A stretch of 27,343 nt of DNA from a virus (taxonomy: Duplodnaviria; Caudoviricetes): the IMG/VR virus record IMGVR_UViG_3300037785_000094, positions 1 through 27,343 of that record. The stretch is one strand, 5' to 3'. A program made the translations under genes and the position numbers. The notes below the pieces were generated by a model. That model saw only the letters and a list, made by a program, of their open reading frames with translations, ran no database searches and was not told where the DNA came from. This document shows, in pieces, positions 17,120 through 26,488 of the stretch; the stretch's first letter is position 1, and every line of letters begins with the position of its first letter.

Positions 17120-17697
17120 GTTTTGTTGAAGTCCAGTTTCCCACCGATATCTCTTATGGAGCAACCGGTGGGCCGGTATTCCTGACCGATGTGGTTGCCA
17201 CCGTTTCCGGTCACGAGCAGCGTAACAGCAAATGGAGCCAGTCTCGCGCCAAATACAATGTCGCATCCGGTATTAAAACCGAGGCGCAGTGGCAGGCATT
17301 GATTGCTTTCTTCCGCGCTCGCCGGGGTATGGCAATTGGCTTCCGATTCAAAGATTGGAGCGATTACAAAGCTGAGAATCAGCCACTTAAATCCCTTGGC
17401 GGCAATGAATATCAGCTGGTGAAGCAATATGTCAGCGGTGCAGCGGTCTATGAGCGGGATATCACCAAACCGGTGAGCGGCAGCGTCAAACTCTATGAGG
17501 ACAGCATTCTGCAGACCAGCGGTTGGAGCATCGATACGGCCACGGGCATTATTACCACCAGTCTGTCCGGCACTCTTACGGCTGATTTTGAATTTGATGT
17601 GCCGGTGCGCTTCGACACGGACGAGATGTCCATCTCCATGGATAGTTTCGATGCCGGTAACTGGGGCAGCATCCCGCTGATCGAGGTGCGCGTATGA
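17116..17697 (+). CDS. Distal tail protein, DUF2460 / RcGTA g12-like
   Basis: FPTDISYGATGGP.F.T, SGHEQRN..W, FRFKDWSDY, FEFDVPVRFD. Confidence 0.9.
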   Translation: MSFVEVQFPTDISYGATGGPVFLTDVVATVSGHEQRNSKWSQSRAKYNVASGIKTEAQWQALIAFFRARRGMAIGFRFKDWSDYKAENQPLKSLGGNEYQLVKQYVSGAAVYERDITKPVSGSVKLYEDSILQTSGWSIDTATGIITTSLSGTLTADFEFDVPVRFDTDEMSISMDSFDAGNWGSIPLIEVRV

Positions 17698-18557
17698 GAG
17701 TCATCTCCCCACAGTTAGAAGCGCATTTTGCCAGCGGCATGACAACACTCGCCACCTGCTGGCTGATCACGCGCAGCGATGGCACCGAGCTTGGTTTTAC
17801 CGATCATGATCAAAGCCTAACGATAGATAGCGTTGATTATGACTCCATCGCCGGGTTCACGCCCACCACGGTGGAGAGCAAATCCAATATGAGCGTAGAT
17901 AATCTGGATGTGGAAGGTCAGATATTTCCGTCCAAGATCACCGAGGAAGATCTGCTGGCAGGTCTTTATGATTATGCTGAGATTGAAATCTTCGTGGTCA
18001 ATTATGCCGATCTGACCCAAGGCAAGCTGGTCGTCAAGCGCGGTCGCTTAGGTGAAGTAACGCTTAGCAGCCAAATGTTTCAGGCCGAAGTGCGCGGTTT
18101 AACCCAGCATCTTTCGCAGACCATTGGTGAGGTATTCTCTCCCTCCTGCCGCGCTATCCTTGGCGATAGCCGCTGTAAGGTGGCGCTTGCCAGCTTTACC
18201 GTGTCGGCCACGGTGACCGAAGTCACCAATAATCAGACGTTCAAAGCCTCCACGCTTGCGCAGGCAGCAGGCTGGTTCACGGGCGGCGAAGTGGAATGGA
18301 CCGGCGGCAATAATGATGGTCGGCGCATGGAGGTGAAGGAATTTGCCTCCATGCAGGTGGTGCTGGCGCTGCCGATGGGGAAATCGATTCAGGTGGGCGA
18401 CACGTTCGACATCATCGCCGGGTGCGATAAGACCCGCGAAACCTGCCAGAGCAAATTTGCAAACATTCTTAATTTTCGTGGCGAGCCGGATGTTCCGGGA
18501 ACGGACAAGCTGCTCACCACCGCAGGAACCATGGATAAGACCAATAGAAATGGCTGA
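17694..18557 (+). CDS. Baseplate hub protein, DUF2163/BR0599 / RcGTA g13-like
   Basis: CW.ITR.DG..LGFTDHD, CRA.LGD.RC, GCDK...TC..KF.N..NFRGEP..PG. Confidence 0.9.
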   Translation: MRVISPQLEAHFASGMTTLATCWLITRSDGTELGFTDHDQSLTIDSVDYDSIAGFTPTTVESKSNMSVDNLDVEGQIFPSKITEEDLLAGLYDYAEIEIFVVNYADLTQGKLVVKRGRLGEVTLSSQMFQAEVRGLTQHLSQTIGEVFSPSCRAILGDSRCKVALASFTVSATVTEVTNNQTFKASTLAQAAGWFTGGEVEWTGGNNDGRRMEVKEFASMQVVLALPMGKSIQVGDTFDIIAGCDKTRETCQSKFANILNFRGEPDVPGTDKLLTTAGTMDKTNRNG

Positions 18558-19044
18558 AATTAAACCCGAACAGATTGTCACGCAGGCACGCACATGGCTT
18601 GGCACGAAATATCATCACCAAGGGCGGCTCAAAAAATCTGCGCGTGGCCCCGGCGGCGTGGATTGCATCGGGCTAATTATTGGCCTGATTGATGAGCTGG
18701 GCATTCAGGATGGCAACGGCCATTCGCTGGTAGCCGCTGATGAGTTCAATTACTCCATGTATCCCGAGCGCGGGCGGCTGGTGGAGAGCATCTCCAAGCA
18801 TCTGCGCGAGGTGCCGCTGGATCAGCGCCGCATGGGTGATGTGCTGCTTTTTCGCACCTTTCGTGACCCGCAGCATGTCGGGTTGCTCACGGAATATCCC
18901 AGCGGTGGTGCGGGATTAATCCATTGCAATTCCAGCGCCGGTCAGGTGGTGGAGCAACCGCTTTCCGACACATGGCTGCGCATGCTGACTCATGTGTACC
19001 GCTTTAAAAAGAAACAACTGAAATCGTTAAAACCTCATGGCTGA
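18550..19044 (+). CDS. NlpC/P60 tail peptidase, RcGTA g14-like
   Basis: ARTWLGTKYHHQG, GVDCIGL (Cys), QHVG (His), LIHC. Confidence 0.9.
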   Translation: MAEIKPEQIVTQARTWLGTKYHHQGRLKKSARGPGGVDCIGLIIGLIDELGIQDGNGHSLVAADEFNYSMYPERGRLVESISKHLREVPLDQRRMGDVLLFRTFRDPQHVGLLTEYPSGGAGLIHCNSSAGQVVEQPLSDTWLRMLTHVYRFKKKQLKSLKPHG

Positions 19045-22000
19045 TATTGTTCTTCCTGTCGTTGGTGGCACCGTAGGTTTTGTGCTCGGTGGCCCAAGCG
19101 GTGCTATCTTGGGTGCCAATCTGGGTGGCATGGCGGCGGGTGCGTTCTTTCCTAAAACGCAGCGCGTGCAGCTACCGACACAGGAAGGCCCACGCCTTGG
19201 TGACCTGCGTGCGCAGACATCCACCTACGGAAATATGATTCCGAAGGTCTACGGCACCATGCGGCTGGCAGGTAATGTCATCTGGTCGACCGACATCAAG
19301 GAAGTCAAAACCGAAAAGACCAGCACCCAGACTAGCTCTGGCGGTGGTAAAGGCGGCGGTGGTGGCAAAACCACGACCAGCCAAACCACAATCACCTATG
19401 AGTATTTCGTGACGCTGGCGATTGCCATCTGCGAAGGCCCGATTGACGAGGTCATCCGTGTATGGGCCGATAGCAAAGTGCTGACCGAAGATGTGCTTTC
19501 CAGCGCTCAGGGCAAATATAATGTGCATTTGGGCGATGAAGATCAGACCGTTGATGACATCATGGCCAAATACCTGCCCGCAGGCACCATCCCTGCCTAT
19601 CGGGGTATGGCTTATGTGGTAATTGAGGATTTTCCGCTGGCAGAATATGGCAACCGGATTCCTAATTTTACCTTCGAGGTGCGCCGCTCGGTCAAATTCA
19701 CGCCTTCGGTCGAGGATAAGATCAAGGACATTGTCATCATCCCCGGCGCGGGCGAGATGGTTTACGGCACCAATGTGCAGAGCAAGCAGGATGGGTATTT
19801 TGATTATGGCGGTGCGTTCACGCCGTCTGGCAGCAAAAAATACATCAACATGCATAATTATGACGGCAAGGCCGATGTGCTGGTCGCCGTTGATCAACTG
19901 CTCAAAGTGCTGCCCAATCTGGAATGGGTGGCGGTGGTGGTCACATGGTTTGCGACCACCACCGATGCCGGGACCTGTGAAATTATCCCGAAAGTCGAGT
20001 TTCAAGGTACCACGCAGGTATTGCCGCAGGACTGGGCGGTTGCCGGATACACCCGCAGCACCGCACAGAAAGTCCTGCTCTTCGATGAGGATACACCGAC
20101 CTATGGCGGCACGCCGTCCGATCACACGGTGGTGCAGATTGTTGATGAGCTAAAAGCGCGTGGCCTCAATGTCATGCTCTATCCGATGCCGTTTGTGGAT
20201 ACGATCACGCCGGTGCCGAAGCCATGGCGGGGCCGGATTGAGCCTGCCAATGCCACCGATGCCGCCAGCTGGTTTACCAAGACCAACGGCTATAACGCCT
20301 TCATCACCCATTACGCCAATCTGGTGAAAAACAAGGTGGATGCATTTGTCATCGGCTCAGAGCTGATCGGCATGACTGGATTTACGGACACGCCCGGAAG
20401 TTATCCGGCAGTGTCACAGCTGGTCACACTTGCCGCTACGGTCAAGGGCATCATGGGCAGCAGCACGCAAATCACTTATGCCGCTGACTGGAGCGAATAT
20501 CACAGCACCAATGGCTGGTTTAATCTCGACCCGCTCTGGGCCAGCGCCAATATCGATTTTGTCGGAATAGACAGCTATTTCCCACTCACGCCTGATCTGC
20601 CGCAGATTCAGATCGACGAGGACAAGATCAAGGAATACTGGGAGAAAGGCGAAGGCTGGGATTGTTACTGGAACGGCGATCGTACTGTGCAAACCAGCTA
20701 TGGCGGCGACCCTACCTATGCGTGGAAAAACCTCGAGCATTGGTGGAACAGCACCCATACCAATCCGGATAGCAGTGGTACCAGCTGGACCGCAAAAATG
20801 AAACCGGTCTGGTTCACCGAGTTTGGCTTTCCGTCCGTTGATGGCGCAGCCAATCAGCCCAATGTGTTCTATGACCCGACCAGCTCAGAGAGCTATTATC
20901 CTCGCGGCTCTAAAGGCCGGGTGGATTTTCAGGCACAGCGCGAGGCGCTTAATGCCACACTGGATTATCTGGAGGAGCGAAGCCAAGAAGCAGGCAATGC
21001 CAATCTGGTGCCGCGCCGATTCCTCTGGACGTGGGATGCGCGGCCATTTTCCTTCTGGCCTGATCTGGAAGGTGTCTGGCAGGATTCCATTCTCTGGGCG
21101 ACCGGTCATTGGGTACAGGGCAAGCTGGGTAATTCCACGCTCGGAGCTATCGTTGGTGAACTGCTGCAGGCTGCCGGTCTGACCGCCAGTGATTACGATG
21201 TGTCACGCCTGACCGATACGGTGGAAGGGTTCATTCTCGACCGCCCGATTACAGTGCGTAACGCCTTAGAGTTCCTGACATCGGCATTCTTCTTCGACAT
21301 TGTCGAAAGTGACGGCATCCTCAAATGCGTGCCGCGAGGCGGTGAATCCGTCAAATCGATGCCGGAGGATGATCTCATCCCAAGCGCCAAGAAAGGTGTG
21401 CAGGATGTATTGGAGATCAATTACGCGCAGGAGCTTGAACTCCCGCAGCGCGTGAACGTCACCTATATCGACCGACCCTTTAATTATGACCCAGTCACGC
21501 AAGTTTCACAGCGGCAGGTCGTGCGTGCGGTGGATCAGGTAACGATCAATCTGCCCATCGTGATGGGAGCCACGCAAGCCAAGCAAATTGCTGACATCAC
21601 GCTTTATGGCACATGGAAGGAGCGCACCAGTTTTACCCTGACGCTGCCGCCGAAATATGTGCGCATTGAGCCGACCGATATCATCACGGCCACTGTCAAT
21701 AATGTGCCGCATGAAATGCGTGTGCTAAAAACGGACATGGAAGCCAATGGTGTCATGAAAATCAGCGCGGTTGCTGAAGATATCAGCTCGTATGATTTTT
21801 ACACACCGCCCGGAGAAACCAGCAGCAATCTGCAGCCGCCGGTTTTGGTACCGGAAACATTGGTGCAGTTTGTGGATGCGCCGCCATTACCCACCGATAC
21901 AGTTCCAAATCAAGGGTTGCTGCGCATTGGCGTAGCCGCCGATGGCCAGAACTGGAACGGAGCTGCGATCTACCGCTCCGATGATGGTGGTGAGGCCGGA

Positions 22001-22783
22001 GGCAACACCTTCCAAGTGTTGGCGGGGTTGGATGGTGCCGCCACCTTTGGCGTGATCATCACCAATTTGCCAGAAGGCCCATTTGAAACATGGGACCGGG
22101 CGAATGAGGTAGAGGTCATCCTGACTTCCGGCTCCTTGGCTTCGGTCAGTGAATTGGCGGTGCTGAATGGTGCAAACGCCGCTCTGATTGGTAATGAGCT
22201 CATCCAGTTTGAGAATGCGCAGCTGATTGGCGAGAACACCTACAAGCTCACTAAGCTACTGCGCGGTCGTCAGGGAACCGAATGGGCGATTGGCACACAT
22301 GCGGCGGGTGAGCGTTTTATTGTGCTTACTCCGGCGCTCTATACCACGGCTATCGCCAATAACCTGATCGGGCGGCAGTTGTTTTATAAGGCTGTCAGCG
22401 TGGGCAATTCGCTGGGCAATACCGATGAGTTGGCCTTCACCTATACCGGGCGCAACCTGAAACCCTTCGCTCCGGTGCATGTTACGGGTGTGCGGGATGG
22501 CTCCGGTGATCTTACCATCAGTTGGATACGCCGCTCCCGTGTTGATGCCGAATGGCGCGATGGGGTTGGCATTCCGCTGGGTGAAGAATCCGAAGCCTAC
22601 GAGGTGGATATTCTGGATGGCAGCAATGTGGTGCGAACCATTGAGGTGACCAGCCCGACTGCCAGCTACAGCGCAGCGGATCAGGCTGCCGACTTCGGAT
22701 CGGCGCAAAGCAGCATCGATGTGAAGATCTACCAGCTATCCGCTGTAGTGGGACGTGGCTACGCCGCAGCCTCCATCATTTAA
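19037..22783 (+). CDS. Host-specificity / megatron tail-tip protein with GTA TIM-barrel domain (RcGTA g15-like)
   Basis: IPKVYG.MRLAGNVIW, PAYRG.AY, YAADWSEY, DPLWA, KPVWFTEFG, WTWDARPF, LLRGRQGTE, W.RRSR. Confidence 0.92.
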   Translation: MADIVLPVVGGTVGFVLGGPSGAILGANLGGMAAGAFFPKTQRVQLPTQEGPRLGDLRAQTSTYGNMIPKVYGTMRLAGNVIWSTDIKEVKTEKTSTQTSSGGGKGGGGGKTTTSQTTITYEYFVTLAIAICEGPIDEVIRVWADSKVLTEDVLSSAQGKYNVHLGDEDQTVDDIMAKYLPAGTIPAYRGMAYVVIEDFPLAEYGNRIPNFTFEVRRSVKFTPSVEDKIKDIVIIPGAGEMVYGTNVQSKQDGYFDYGGAFTPSGSKKYINMHNYDGKADVLVAVDQLLKVLPNLEWVAVVVTWFATTTDAGTCEIIPKVEFQGTTQVLPQDWAVAGYTRSTAQKVLLFDEDTPTYGGTPSDHTVVQIVDELKARGLNVMLYPMPFVDTITPVPKPWRGRIEPANATDAASWFTKTNGYNAFITHYANLVKNKVDAFVIGSELIGMTGFTDTPGSYPAVSQLVTLAATVKGIMGSSTQITYAADWSEYHSTNGWFNLDPLWASANIDFVGIDSYFPLTPDLPQIQIDEDKIKEYWEKGEGWDCYWNGDRTVQTSYGGDPTYAWKNLEHWWNSTHTNPDSSGTSWTAKMKPVWFTEFGFPSVDGAANQPNVFYDPTSSESYYPRGSKGRVDFQAQREALNATLDYLEERSQEAGNANLVPRRFLWTWDARPFSFWPDLEGVWQDSILWATGHWVQGKLGNSTLGAIVGELLQAAGLTASDYDVSRLTDTVEGFILDRPITVRNALEFLTSAFFFDIVESDGILKCVPRGGESVKSMPEDDLIPSAKKGVQDVLEINYAQELELPQRVNVTYIDRPFNYDPVTQVSQRQVVRAVDQVTINLPIVMGATQAKQIADITLYGTWKERTSFTLTLPPKYVRIEPTDIITATVNNVPHEMRVLKTDMEANGVMKISAVAEDISSYDFYTPPGETSSNLQPPVLVPETLVQFVDAPPLPTDTVPNQGLLRIGVAADGQNWNGAAIYRSDDGGEAGGNTFQVLAGLDGAATFGVIITNLPEGPFETWDRANEVEVILTSGSLASVSELAVLNGANAALIGNELIQFENAQLIGENTYKLTKLLRGRQGTEWAIGTHAAGERFIVLTPALYTTAIANNLIGRQLFYKAVSVGNSLGNTDELAFTYTGRNLKPFAPVHVTGVRDGSGDLTISWIRRSRVDAEWRDGVGIPLGEESEAYEVDILDGSNVVRTIEVTSPTASYSAADQAADFGSAQSSIDVKIYQLSAVVGRGYAAASII

Positions 22784-22805
22784 CCAAACTTAATTGGAGA
22801 ACATC

Positions 22806-23510
22806 ATGTCTCAGACCGGAAGGCTGAGCTTGCCGTATATTATTACGTCTCAAGCCCAAAAAGAAGTGACACACAATGAGGCACTCAATCGCCTTGATGC
22901 GTTCGTCACACCCGTGGTGTCACAAATCACCGATGCACCACCAGGTAGCCCCGCCGTGGGTGATCTGGTGATCGTTGGCACATCGCCCAGCGGCGATTTT
23001 GTGGGTCATGCCAATCAGCTGGCGCAGTATCTCACAGGTGGCTGGGTGTTTTACACACCGTTTAAATGGATGGATGCGGTGGTCGAAAGCCTCGACAGCC
23101 GCATCACCTTCAACGGCTCTGCGTGGGTGGCTTTCAGCATGATTATGCAGGATAGCGGGGAATATCTCCGCATCCAGCGCTGGCAGGAGGATATTGACCT
23201 GAGCGGTGGCACCACCAGCGCCACCAATATCCCGAACCGCGCCACGGTACTGGCGGTGAATACACGGGTGATCACGGCACTCACTGGCACGGTGGGCAGC
23301 TTCGGCGTTGGTGTGTCTGGTGACACTTCCCGCTATGGAAACGGTATCGGCACCGCGCAGGATTCCACCAATGTCGGCCTGACCTATCACCCGGTCAGCT
23401 ATTACAGCGACACGCCCATCGAGATCACACCGGATAGCGGCAGCATCACCGGCGGCGTGGTTCGCATCAATGTTCAATACATCACCTTTAGGGGACCATG
23501 GAACTGGTAA
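22806..23510 (+). CDS. DUF2793-family tail-associated protein
   Basis: LPYI..SQAQKEVTHNEAL.RLD N-terminal signature; GGAG SD. Confidence 0.88.
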   Translation: MSQTGRLSLPYIITSQAQKEVTHNEALNRLDAFVTPVVSQITDAPPGSPAVGDLVIVGTSPSGDFVGHANQLAQYLTGGWVFYTPFKWMDAVVESLDSRITFNGSAWVAFSMIMQDSGEYLRIQRWQEDIDLSGGTTSATNIPNRATVLAVNTRVITALTGTVGSFGVGVSGDTSRYGNGIGTAQDSTNVGLTYHPVSYYSDTPIEITPDSGSITGGVVRINVQYITFRGPWNW

Positions 23511-23514
23511 CACT

Positions 23515-25086
23515 ATGAGCAATGCTTTTCACTATCAAAACACCTTTGATGACGCGCTGGCGCAAGAGTTCCGCTCAATCCTCGGCGTGTCTGCCCTTAA
23601 TCTGCTGAATCCGTTTGATTTCTGGGATTTCACCGACGAAGATGCACTGACGCTAGAAGGCTCTGCTGTTAAAGCCATTGCCAATAAAGGCCGCAGCGGT
23701 GATCCGATTACGCATGGCACCGGTAACACCATCACTTTCGATGGCACTAAGTGCATCGGCCATCAATATGCCAACAGCTATAAGGCAGGCGCAGCGGGGA
23801 ATCGCAATTTTCTGCATGATGGATCTGGCGGGGAAGTGTTTATCATCCATAAGCAGGCTGCCGCTTCGAATGAGCAGTATTTCTACCTGAGCAATAATGT
23901 GGCTGGCAGCAGCTATGTGCCAGGTGCGCGGTTCAGCTCAATGCAAAATAGCGGACTTGCGCTCTACACGTCGCGCATTGGCTACAGCAGCAACCACTTG
24001 TTCAGCCAATCGCCTGATAATAGTCTGACGCTGGATATGCCGGTTATCACGCACCTAAAGCTGAATGGTGGCGTAACGGTGGGTAATATCGAGCTGCGCG
24101 AAGATGGCGCGTTGCTTTATCGTGTGCCTTTCAATGTATCCTCGGTGTTTGTGGAAACGGATCACAACGCGCCGCTGCAAACCTTTCTTGCCTATACCGG
24201 CGATATTTACGGCATGGTGATGTATGACCGCATCCTGAGCGATCAGGAGCGCAATTATATCCTACGCACCTTGCGGCAATATTATGGACTGCCTTCAGTG
24301 GCGGATGTTACGCTGCTTATTGGCGCATCCAATGCGCTTGGCATAGGAAGCGGATCGCTCATTGACCCGACCTATCAGAACGCTGCACCGCGTGGCTATC
24401 TCTACACCCATGATGATGGCGACACCAACAAGCCGCTGACATGGTGGATGTATGAGCAGGCAAACAGCCACATTGACCATGCCTCCAGCAGCGGGGGGCT
24501 GGATTTATCGCTCATGCACCGGCTGGCAGCGATTCGCAGCAATAAGCAGTTTCTGGTGAAGGCAACCATCGGCGGCAATGATCTGTACAGTGACTGGAAT
24601 CCCGATGCCGCCGAAGGGGTTCAGGATGGTCTTAACCGACTGAAATCTTACCTTACACCCGCCATTAGCGCGTTGGAAGATTGGGGATTCACACCTGCTT
24701 ACCGTGCTTGCATCATCGGCCTTGGCGAGAATGACGCCAGCAGCGCTACCAAAGCGGCGGCGTATGCGGCAATTCAGTCGCGACTGAATGAGGTTCTGCG
24801 CGAGCTAACCAGCGCCAGCCTGCCGATCATGCTCGTGGCATGTAGCACCGAACAGCCAGACGATACCAGTGGCCGTAGCGATGGCAATATGCAGGAGCAG
24901 GCAACCATCCGCACCGCGCAGGCGCAGGTGGCTACAGCTGAGGCACTCACCCAGCTTTACCAGCCAATCACTATCGGCACGCTGGCTTGGAACGAAACCA
25001 CGCCAAACGGCATCCATTTTAACATGCCCAGCTTGCAGCAGATGGGCATCGAGCTTGCCGATCTAATTCACGCTGCAAACCCATAG
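23515..25086 (+). CDS. LamG/ConA-like domain + SGNH (SASA-like) esterase; putative receptor-binding or modifying protein
   Basis: GDIYGMVMYDRILSDQER ends a LamG-like fold; LLIGASNA, GLGENDA and NGIHF correspond to SGNH blocks I, III and V. Confidence 0.65.
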   Translation: MSNAFHYQNTFDDALAQEFRSILGVSALNLLNPFDFWDFTDEDALTLEGSAVKAIANKGRSGDPITHGTGNTITFDGTKCIGHQYANSYKAGAAGNRNFLHDGSGGEVFIIHKQAAASNEQYFYLSNNVAGSSYVPGARFSSMQNSGLALYTSRIGYSSNHLFSQSPDNSLTLDMPVITHLKLNGGVTVGNIELREDGALLYRVPFNVSSVFVETDHNAPLQTFLAYTGDIYGMVMYDRILSDQERNYILRTLRQYYGLPSVADVTLLIGASNALGIGSGSLIDPTYQNAAPRGYLYTHDDGDTNKPLTWWMYEQANSHIDHASSSGGLDLSLMHRLAAIRSNKQFLVKATIGGNDLYSDWNPDAAEGVQDGLNRLKSYLTPAISALEDWGFTPAYRACIIGLGENDASSATKAAAYAAIQSRLNEVLRELTSASLPIMLVACSTEQPDDTSGRSDGNMQEQATIRTAQAQVATAEALTQLYQPITIGTLAWNETTPNGIHFNMPSLQQMGIELADLIHAANP

Positions 25087-25094
25087 GTAACATC

Positions 25095-25343
25095 ATGGAT
25101 GAAGAACTGAAAAAAGCCATCCGCACGGCAGTGCGGGAGGGCATCGAGGATGCTTTGACGAAATACGGGATCGACACCAGTGACCCCACCGGTGTGCAGG
25201 CCGACATGATCTACCTGCGAAAATCGCGCACCGGATCAGATGAAGTCATCAAATGGATTAAACGCTCAGCCATTACCGCCGCCATCACTGGTGCGCTGGT
25301 GGCGCTATGGCAGGGCATCAAAACAATCATACAGGGAGGTTAA
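25095..25343 (+). CDS. Small membrane protein at the start of the lysis cassette
   Basis: 82 aa with one C-terminal hydrophobic helix; precedes the holin and endolysin. Confidence 0.7.
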   Translation: MDEELKKAIRTAVREGIEDALTKYGIDTSDPTGVQADMIYLRKSRTGSDEVIKWIKRSAITAAITGALVALWQGIKTIIQGG

Positions 25344-25345
25344 TC

Positions 25346-25795
25346 ATGGTTACATTACTTGGAGCATTAGTCGGTTTTATCAGCGCTACATTCCCCGATA
25401 TCCTGAAGTTGTTCAGGGATTATCAGGATCGCAAGCACGAGCTGACCATCCTGCGCCTGCAGATGGAGCAGCAACAGCAAGGGCATATGAACCGGCTGGA
25501 GGAAATCCATGTCGAAGCGGATATTGCCGAAAGCCGTGCGCTCTACAAAACTTACTATAGCGGCATCAAATGGGTGGATGCGCTCAATGGCACGGTGCGG
25601 CCTGTATTGGCTTATGCCTTCTTCCTACTCTATTTCACCATCAAATGTATGCAGTTTGCCATGGTCGATCTGGTCAGCCCTCTGCCATGGCACATGGATA
25701 TGCTCTGGTCAGTCGAGGATCAGGCCATCTTCGCAGGCATCATCAGTTTCTATTTCGGCCAACGCGCAATGAGCAAAGTGCGGAGCGGAAGATGA
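25346..25795 (+). CDS. Putative holin
   Basis: GGAGG SD; hydrophobic segments, VRPVLAY and FYFGQR motifs, basic C-terminus; ATGA overlap with the lysozyme. Confidence 0.7.
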   Translation: MVTLLGALVGFISATFPDILKLFRDYQDRKHELTILRLQMEQQQQGHMNRLEEIHVEADIAESRALYKTYYSGIKWVDALNGTVRPVLAYAFFLLYFTIKCMQFAMVDLVSPLPWHMDMLWSVEDQAIFAGIISFYFGQRAMSKVRSGR

Positions 25796-26244
25796 GACAG
25801 ATCACCAAGAATGGCCTTGAACTGATCAAGCGCTTTGAGGGGTTCGAGCCAGAAATCTATCTGGATGCCGCCGGACTACCCACCATCGGATACGGCCATT
25901 TGCTGCGTCCGGGCGAGGCAGAAATGTTCGTAGGCGGCATTTCCGAAGCTGCCGGTGAAGCGTTGCTGATCAAAGACGTTGGCATCGCAGAACGTGCGGT
26001 CCTGCGCCTGATCAAAGTGCCACTCACAGATGGTCAGTTTGATGCGTTGGTATCCTTCACCTTCAATCTCGGCTCCGGCGCTCTGCAGAGATCAACCCTG
26101 CGCCGCAAGGTCAACCGAGAGGAGCATGACGAAGTCCCAGCCGAATTCATGCGTTGGGTCTGGGCCGGTGGCCGAAAGCTGCGAGGGCTGGTCAGGCGGC
26201 GAGAGGCTGAGGCCTCCAACTATTTTGCTACTTATAGTCTGTAG
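25792..26244 (+). CDS. Endolysin, GH24 (T4-like) lysozyme
   Basis: FEG....YLD..G.PTIGYGH catalytic E-D-T spacing; QFDALVSFTFNLG; GLVRRREAE. Confidence 0.95.
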   Translation: MRQITKNGLELIKRFEGFEPEIYLDAAGLPTIGYGHLLRPGEAEMFVGGISEAAGEALLIKDVGIAERAVLRLIKVPLTDGQFDALVSFTFNLGSGALQRSTLRRKVNREEHDEVPAEFMRWVWAGGRKLRGLVRRREAEASNYFATYSL

Positions 26245-26254
26245 ATATATTGTC
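26229..26254 (+). promoter_or_regulatory. C-box (controller-protein operator)
   Basis: TACTTATAGTC-TGTA-GATATATTGTC matches the tandem GACT-TAT-AGTC operators of PvuII/BamHI/Esp1396I-type C proteins. Confidence 0.8.
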
Positions 26255-26276
26255 ATCATTTTTCTACAAATATGTA

Positions 26277-26486
26277 ATGAAAAACTTGAACATAATCATC
26301 GCTAATAATGTCAGGCAGCTTCGAAAGCATAAAGGGCTATCTCAAGAAGCGCTTGCTGATGAATGTGACCTTCATCGAACGTATATAGGTGCGGTTGAGC
26401 GAGGAGAAAGAAACTTAACAATCAACACACTTGTTAAAATAGCCAAGGCTCTAGAAACTGAAGTAATTAATCTATTGAAGGAATAA
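26277..26486 (+). CDS. Restriction-modification controller (C) protein, XRE HTH
   Basis: LSQEALA..CDLHRTYIGAVERGERN; C-box upstream and REase downstream; no SD, possibly leaderless. Confidence 0.88.
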   Translation: MKNLNIIIANNVRQLRKHKGLSQEALADECDLHRTYIGAVERGERNLTINTLVKIAKALETEVINLLKE

Positions 26487-26488
26487 AA

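Larger units (their letters stand above)
1..26244 (+). mobile_element. Prophage / temperate siphovirus region (replication, packaging, head, tail, lysis); continues beyond the left edge; right boundary not determined
   Basis: Colinear, mostly co-oriented and translationally coupled phage genes; no integrase or att site visible in the window. Confidence 0.95.

Noticed and set aside
19172-20125. 317-aa minus-strand ORF and other long antisense ORFs in the structural region
   Set aside because: Shadows of GC3-biased + strand genes
17116-22783. Bona fide gene transfer agent cluster
   Set aside because: Linked to replication genes, a cos-like site and lambda-type head genes
1-26244. Avoidance of AccI sites (GTMKAC) in the phage
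   Set aside because: Several sites are present (near 8708, 13929, 14419, 19247, 19285); the REase specificity is also unproven
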